Shown here one piece after another: positions 59,101 to 64,000 of a DNA stretch of 64,000 bases. The translations under genes were made by a program, and so were the position numbers. The stretch lies in contig OZ287702.1 in assembly GCA_965649825.1 (NCBI GenBank), positions 496,001 through 560,000 on the forward strand. Direction: 5' to 3'. The DNA is from Penicillus capitatus (lineage: Eukaryota > Plantae > Chlorophyta). The stretch's first letter is position 1, and every line of letters starts with the position of its first letter. A model generated the notes under the pieces. It searched no databases, was not told the DNA's origin, and saw nothing but the letters and a program-made list of their open reading frames with translations.

Positions 59101-62100
59101 GAATGTTGGACCCACATTCCAGCCACAGACCTCTTCGAGTAGATTTGTCGAGAACGAAGCGGCAATCGGAGGTCAGCTTTTGGCTTTGCTGGGTGTCAAT
59201 GATGCAGTTTCTTGTTGTCTTTAGGTGCAATTTTCTTTGACGCCTCAGTCCCTGAAATATCAGTAGAAAAAGATCACAGTATCGCCAATCCGTTCACAGA
59301 GAGTGCTTCCCGCCACTTCGGAGAAAACTTAACATTCCGCAGAAACCGCGCTACTGTCGCCGGAGGTGCAGTTTTTGCACTCAATCCGCACCGTGTCGAA
59401 GTCTTGGCCCCCAAATGCAGAAGTTTTGTGGAGGATTCACACACTCAAAACTTCACGATCACATCGTTCGCAAAAAGTGCTGCGTGCAGAGCGATGAAGG
59501 GAAACACTGTGGGGGAAGGTGGGTATGGACCCGACATTGCTACACCAGCATTCGGTTACTACGTCACACTGTACTACAAGAACGGGACACATGTGCCGCT
59601 GGAGCAGGGAGACGAATATGGTCTGGGAAGGTGGAAGAGTGGCGACGATCTCCCAGCCATAGAAGTCTCCATGTACGATCACTACGGACAGGGTCCAGCC
59701 AGAAGAGGATCCCGAGACGCAAAGGCCCAGTTTGGCGATTTGGAGGACGTGCATCTGCCCGACTACTTGTCGTACGCCAGAGCAGTTCTGGTGTCGGACG
59801 ACGGTCTCCTGCCGAACGACCTGGTCGGCAACCTGACGTCTGGGAGGGACAACATTACCGTCGGCCCGCCGCTGGTGACGCCCGACGACTACACGGCGGC
59901 CTTGATTGTCCCAGATCTTAACGAAGAACACGTCACGCTGTCCGTCAACATCCGTCCCTGTGTGATCAACGAAGTCCCTCGAGATGACAACAGAGGCTGC
60001 ATCGAATGCAAGCCCGGTCGCTATAACTTCGATCCTGAGACCGGGACATGCACCGTCTGTCCCGACAACGGCGACTGCTTTGGCAAGTACGCGCTGCCAA
60101 AGTCTGGACACTGGAATGCGTTCCCCTGCTCGCACCACATGCAGAAGTGCGTGTTCGGGGAAGCCTGTCGTGGACTCAATGCGTCGGAACTGAACAGAAC
60201 TGTCGCGGTCGATGCGGCAGAAGGGTGCGACTTCTCCGATGAAGAGATCGAGCAGTACCAAGCCGATTTGTGCGAGGACGGGTACGAAGGCCCTCTGTGC
60301 GGATCATGCGCAGAGGGTCATGGCAAACTGGGCGCCTTCCGGTGTCTGGTCTGCGGGTCTAATGCCTCGGCGGTTTTTGCTGTTTTGGCTGCTTTCTTCA
60401 TCTTGACGATGCTCTCGATGCTTCAGATCAGAGGAAACCTCACTCTAGCCAATCACCCACAGTCTCGACGAAGCCGGTCTCGTTTCGTCCTAAGCTGGAA
60501 GCGTCTTCCCGTCCCCTTAGCTGCATACATTAGCAGTAAATCCGTGCGTCTGCCCGAACAAGAGAGAGAATCCGAAGAACAAACAGAAGCACGTCAACGT
60601 GGGAACGAGAACTGCGAAAACAAGGCCAAGGAAGAGAACACGAAGTTTGTACAAGTTCTGAAGGTAAGGTCCCTTTTCCAGCAGCTCCCTGCCTTATCAT
60701 GATCGCAGATCACCATCAACTTCGTCCAAGTGGTGGCCACTGGAATCGCTCTCGACATGGCGTGGTCACCTGCCATTCTCCGACTCTTCGAATCATGGGG
60801 TAACCAACAACTGTCGCTGCGGTGTAACAGAGATGTGTGCTCTGTGCAGATTGGATAGGAGGCGCTGTCAGTCAGGCATCTACCTTCTCATTCATGTGCC
60901 TGCTGTCGAAGAACGGATCAGCACCGAGATCTGTTCTTCAGGCAGCTCTCGTCACTGTCATCCCTTTGGCCGTCGCTTTTTTTATATGTGCGTTTTGGGT
61001 ATGCAGCGCAACCAAGAAAGACAGACCGTGGAACTATCTGGCAAAGAGATTCGTCCTGACAGTGGTGTCTGTGCTTTACGTTGCCTATCTGCCCCTCTTC
61101 CGAACAGCCATCAACGTTTTCTCCTGTGTCGATGTCTATGACTCCGCTACCCTTCATGGCATTGTCACCTCTAACTCGTATTGGGCAGAGGATACCTCTG
61201 TCAGATGCTTTGCCGACAGTCATTCCACACTCGTTTTTGCCGTCGCCATACCGCTTATCGTTTTCGCCATCCTTTTCCCCGTTTCCTTGGGAGTGATCTT
61301 GATCATCGCTAGACAAAGGGGGATTCTTGACTCCCCGTGGATACAGGAGACCATCGGAATGCAGTTCAAAGGCTTTAAAGAAGCCTATGTTTTCTGGGAT
61401 TGTATTGTCTTGCTAAGAAAGGCCCTGATCGCTGTTATTGCCACTTTTTCACACAGCCTGGGGGCCAATTTGCAAGGACATCTGCTCATTGCACTTCTTC
61501 TGCTTGTTTTGTTCTTGCACATCATGGTGTCGCCATTCACAGCAGAACTGGAGGCCCTCAATCTTCTGGAATCTGCCTCCCTTTTTGTCAGTTCGTGTAC
61601 TGTTCTTTGCGGTCTCATCCTGGACGACGAGAAGACGTCCGATGACAGTCTGAGGGCCTTCCTGGTCGCAGTCGTTCTTCTGCTGAACATCAGTCTCCTT
61701 CTGATCCTTTTCTTTTTTATGATGAAACATAAGATTCGCGCAATTAGATTCTTTTTGCTCTCGGCGGACAGAGAGTCGCGGACGAGTACTTTGATTAGCA
61801 CGATTACGGACTACTGTACGTTGCGCTTCCGCCAATTCGTGGACGCACTCTGGAAGAAAGATCGCAGCACTCAGACCGTCATCCATGTCCAAGTTAGGAA
61901 AGAAACGGATCCCGATGAAGTTGAACTATCAGACCGCTCGAACTGAAGCGTTCGAGCTCGGAGTTTTGTTTTTGCAGATAAACGGACAACAACACTCTGG
62001 TTCCTTTTGGATTCCCAAAAGGGAGGGATCTTACGTTTCACTCATTCTTCACCCATTACGTTTTTTATTTGTGCAACTCAAGGTCATTAGATCTTGATTC

Positions 62101-62290
62101 GACGTCGTTAAGCATGCATGATGTTCTTTTCTCCCTCTGCACAGCATTAAATGAATCACGTGTTCAACGTTTGCCGCCACGTACGGCGAACAATTCAAAT
62201 GGTGACTTATGGTGCGAAGTACAAGATTACCTGTCATGTGCAGGAAAGACACAGGCGAGACGATTAAAGAGGTCTATTTGTGAACGTTCG
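56170..62290 (+). repeat. Segmental duplication of ~25560-31650 (receptor-like gene plus flanks)
   Basis: Collinear exons, introns and flanks; offset ~30.6 kb. Confidence 0.95.
56480..61946 (+). CDS. Beta-helix + Cys-rich + multi-pass membrane receptor-like protein, copy 2
   Basis: Same exon structure and motifs as 25860-31311. All exons are open. There is a 15-nt in-frame insertion (HFGEN) near 59315 relative to copy 1. Confidence 0.85.
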
Positions 62291-64000
62291 CAGTAGTGTC
62301 ACTTTGAAGAGTAACAAAGAGTGGCGAAGGTTCGATACCGCGCGCCGTATATCGAAGACCATCGAGAGCACGCACATCGTCGTCAACGATCACCCATGTC
62401 CGTTTCCAGATTTCGGCAGTCAATGCTGAGAAAACGCGAATAGACAGAAAAACGTCGACGTCTTCAAAGAGACTCGCAGGACTGAAGACACTGCAGCGTG
62501 CGTTCCAGCCGATCGGACCAAATGAAGGCTGACGAAAGTTCACACCTCCATGCCCTCAACACCTGCGTTGGACGCTGATTATACACACGATCAACGCGCT
62601 TCTCGTCAGGAATCCGCGGACATAAGAAGTGTGTTGCCCGTTCACTAGTAAAGCAGCTTGTGACCACCGATCGTCGATCTCCTGAAGTCGTGGGCATTCT
62701 ACGCTTGTCAAACAGTTGTTTGCGCCTAGTTCACGCATTCAATCTCTGGCTGGGTTTCAGAACAATTGCTTGTGTTTTGATACTATAAAGTTTGACAGCA
62801 AAGCAAAAGACTTCATTCGCGAGAGTGAGTTCCGCTGTGTTTCGATTTAGAGGATTGCTGCTACACGCGAAAAGAAATCGATCATCTGTTGCCTGCAAGC
62901 TGACAATACGCACGATGTTGGCATAACTCGAGAGCACGCAGAATGAACTGCCCGTTTCGCCGTGTCTCGTGCGATTAACTCTTCGATGCTTTGCTTATCG
63001 CGGAAACGACGAGACGGCTGTCAGCCGGCAAGAACGTGGAGTACTCGATGTCAGTGAAAGGCGTTCGTCCATCTCGTCTCGCTGTTGAGGTGTGCGTCCG
63101 AGCGTTGGAATAGGGAAGGAAAGGACCGTGTTCCTGATTTCAACGCACAATGAGTGCTCGGAGGTCGAAGTTCATCGACGGATATATGATCCTTTGCACA
63201 ATCCAAAAGTATTTGACGGAGGGCGACACGGTCCTTTAGTTTAAGAGGGAACGGACATCTCGCATTTAGATTCATTTGCGTGACCACACCGACTGTAGCA
63301 ACTAAGATGTTAACTACAAAGATGTCAAACGACGGGACGTTGTAAGCAGAGGCCAAGTTTTTTGCGATTCCATCCCCTATCGATACATAACTTAAAGGCG
63401 TGAAACATTCATCGCCCCTGATCATTATACCGCCTTGTTATTTCGAGGGCAGACAGACAGCATCAAGATCAAGAAAAGCGATTTCGGAGGATCGGCGATA
63501 ATTCTCGGAGATGACAGCAGCACGTAAACGACTCAGTTCTCCACCGTTGTTCAATTTCCCAGTGAGTCTGCGAAGCCTAACCTCCTCTCGATGCTATACC
63601 AAAAGAGTGAGGTTTATGGTCACCATCACGACACACATGGATCCATTCTCACACACGTTGTGATCGCGCTCTATCCGATTTCCATCAGTGTTATTATATC
63701 ATCAGGAATAACGGATTTGACCTCACTACCATATCTTCTTACTTGATACTGCTAGATTCGCAGTCGGGAAATCGCAAGACATGCGAAGAATTGAATGTCA
63801 TTTTGGCAAGTGTCCATCGATGATGGCACCTTACGTAAGCGTCGCGTAAACTTCACTGCCCTGTTGCGTTAACTTCTCAGAGAAGCGGGATACGTATAAA
63901 TACTCCTCCCTTGTTCTTCTTTCGAGTATTGTCGACAATGGCTGCGAATCGCGTTCTCTATTGGGGTTCCGGGTCCACTCCTTGCTTCAGGGTGCTTTTC

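Noticed and set aside
63051-63425. 124-aa minus-strand ORF, possibly part of a BTB/BACK-like gene with 62274-62543
   Set aside because: Flanking frames contain multiple stops and the resemblance is too vague to name a family; probably a decayed relic.
1-64000. Non-standard genetic code (TAA/TAG = Gln, as in some ulvophytes)
   Set aside because: Conserved genes end at TAA (CPOX, helicase) and TAG (ASF1, MIPS, GST) exactly where homologs end.

Overview
This is eukaryotic nuclear DNA using the standard genetic code, with many short (~35-60 nt) introns. It comes from a gene-dense chlorophyte green alga: it has an algal-type Tic56 and a plastid-type CPOX. A siphonous Bryopsidales-like alga is my inference only. 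Two compact housekeeping blocks are arranged mostly as tight head-to-head pairs. Block 1 (1-15.5 kb) holds SCC2/NIPBL, a Upf1-like SF1 helicase, CPOX, ASF1, an MSD1/SSX2IP-like gene, a CbbY-like HAD, TIC56, MIPS and bL9. Block 2 (41-52.5 kb) holds UTP7/WDR46, an HNH nuclease, a bacterial-type RtcB, a UBX protein, a GARP-type transcription factor and a GST. These alternate with duplicated accessory regions containing three intronless F-box/LRR paralogs, two near-identical beta-helix plus multi-pass membrane receptor-like genes, and gene relics. The most unusual object is a complete, very young 4.8-kb Ty3/Gypsy LTR element (33330-38142) inserted into the third F-box/LRR gene, with identical 155-bp LTRs and a GAGGG target-site duplication. 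Its Gag-protease ORF begins with a signal peptide, a coiled coil and transmembrane helices. Its pol ORF is reached through an MMTV-like A-AAA-AAC slippery site plus an H-type pseudoknot, and begins with a degenerate dUTPase-like module. A divergently transcribed HNH nuclease/RtcB ligase pair and recurrent GATC-dense tracts also merit checking. All family assignments come from manual motif recognition; no database search was run.
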